Sequence record: MW385300.1
Length of the DNA stretch: 24,000 nucleotides
DNA from: Providencia phage PSTRCR_121
Direction: 5' to 3' (one strand)
Position numbers and translations under genes: made by a program. Under the pieces are notes generated by a model, which saw only the letters and a list, made by a program, of their open reading frames with translations, did not search any database and was not told the DNA's origin. Positions 23,676 through 24,000 of this stretch are shown piece after piece (the first letter of the stretch is position 1; every line of letters begins with the position of its first letter).

Positions 23676-24000
23676 TCACCTTATATAATTCGTATATCTT
23701 AATTGCGCCTGTAAACCCTGAACTATATTATTCTTCATATATTCCTGGATTTCTTCTTTTGTTGCACCTTCTTTCAAGATCATATCATTTATATCTTTAG
23801 AAGCCCATGGACTTTTGTCCCACATAACAACTCGTTCGCCTTGGTCAATCAGTTTTTTCAGTCGTTTAATCGTATCAGGATGACGCGGTTCATGGTCAAG
23901 TGCCCAAACTCTTGTGTTTGGAAATGGTACAACAGATAATGCTAAGTTGCCACCAGTTATTGCACATGCGTTATCAATAAACAACGAATCTATTGGTCCT
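23676..24000 (-). CDS. 61: C-terminal part of a gp61-like DNA primase; 5' end beyond the window
   Basis: Reading past the listed ATG to the window edge gives 'GPIDSLFIDNACAITGGN...' (TOPRIM-like GPIDS), then 'ALDHEPRHPDTIKRL...SPWASKDINDMILKEG...QGLQAQLRYTNY'; matches the expected 56 - 61 order. Confidence 0.75.
   Translation of the reverse strand, partial: GPIDSLFIDNACAITGGNLALSVVPFPNTRVWALDHEPRHPDTIKRLKKLIDQGERVVMWDKSPWASKDINDMILKEGATKEEIQEYMKNNIVQGLQAQLRYTNYIR

Noticed and set aside
1-24000. CRISPR array, retron, toxin-antitoxin pair or tRNA genes
   Set aside because: No regularly spaced repeats, reverse transcriptase motif, or recognisable tRNA cloverleaf seen by eye; a formal tRNAscan or repeat search was not possible.

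Overview
This window is a contiguous piece of a T4-like myovirus genome. The early/middle genes are almost all on the minus strand; the tail-fibre/holin pair is on the plus strand. The order is: C-terminal part of a tail-fibre/tip protein (gp37-like) - holin t (+) // small unknown genes - asiA - motA - unknown - gene 52 - ndd - a denB-position nuclease-like ORF - rIIB - rIIA - small ORF - gene 39 (39/60 fused topoisomerase large subunit) - GIY-YIG/NUMOD3 homing-type endonuclease - four-gene cassette of apparently related small proteins, the first-transcribed with a MazG-like C-terminus - unknowns - dexA - small ORF - dda - HNH-like ORF - gene 56 - accessory genes including a HAD-like phosphatase - 3' part of a gp61-like primase. 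Core identities rest on remembered T4 protein sequences, gene order and matching lengths; no database search was run. The most interesting unexplained signals are: (1) promoters whose -10 box sits between the arms of an inverted repeat, including two near-identical copies and one with a different repeat sequence upstream of motA; (2) the overlapping-gene cassette at 13.4-15.5 kb; (3) a probable PD-(D/E)XK nuclease in the denB slot; (4) an enlarged rIIB; (5) a homing-type endonuclease whose 3' end overlaps the start of gene 39; (6) terminators placed directly in front of genes with no obvious room for a promoter. I see no CRISPR array, tRNA, or complete anti-phage or toxin-antitoxin system that I could support.
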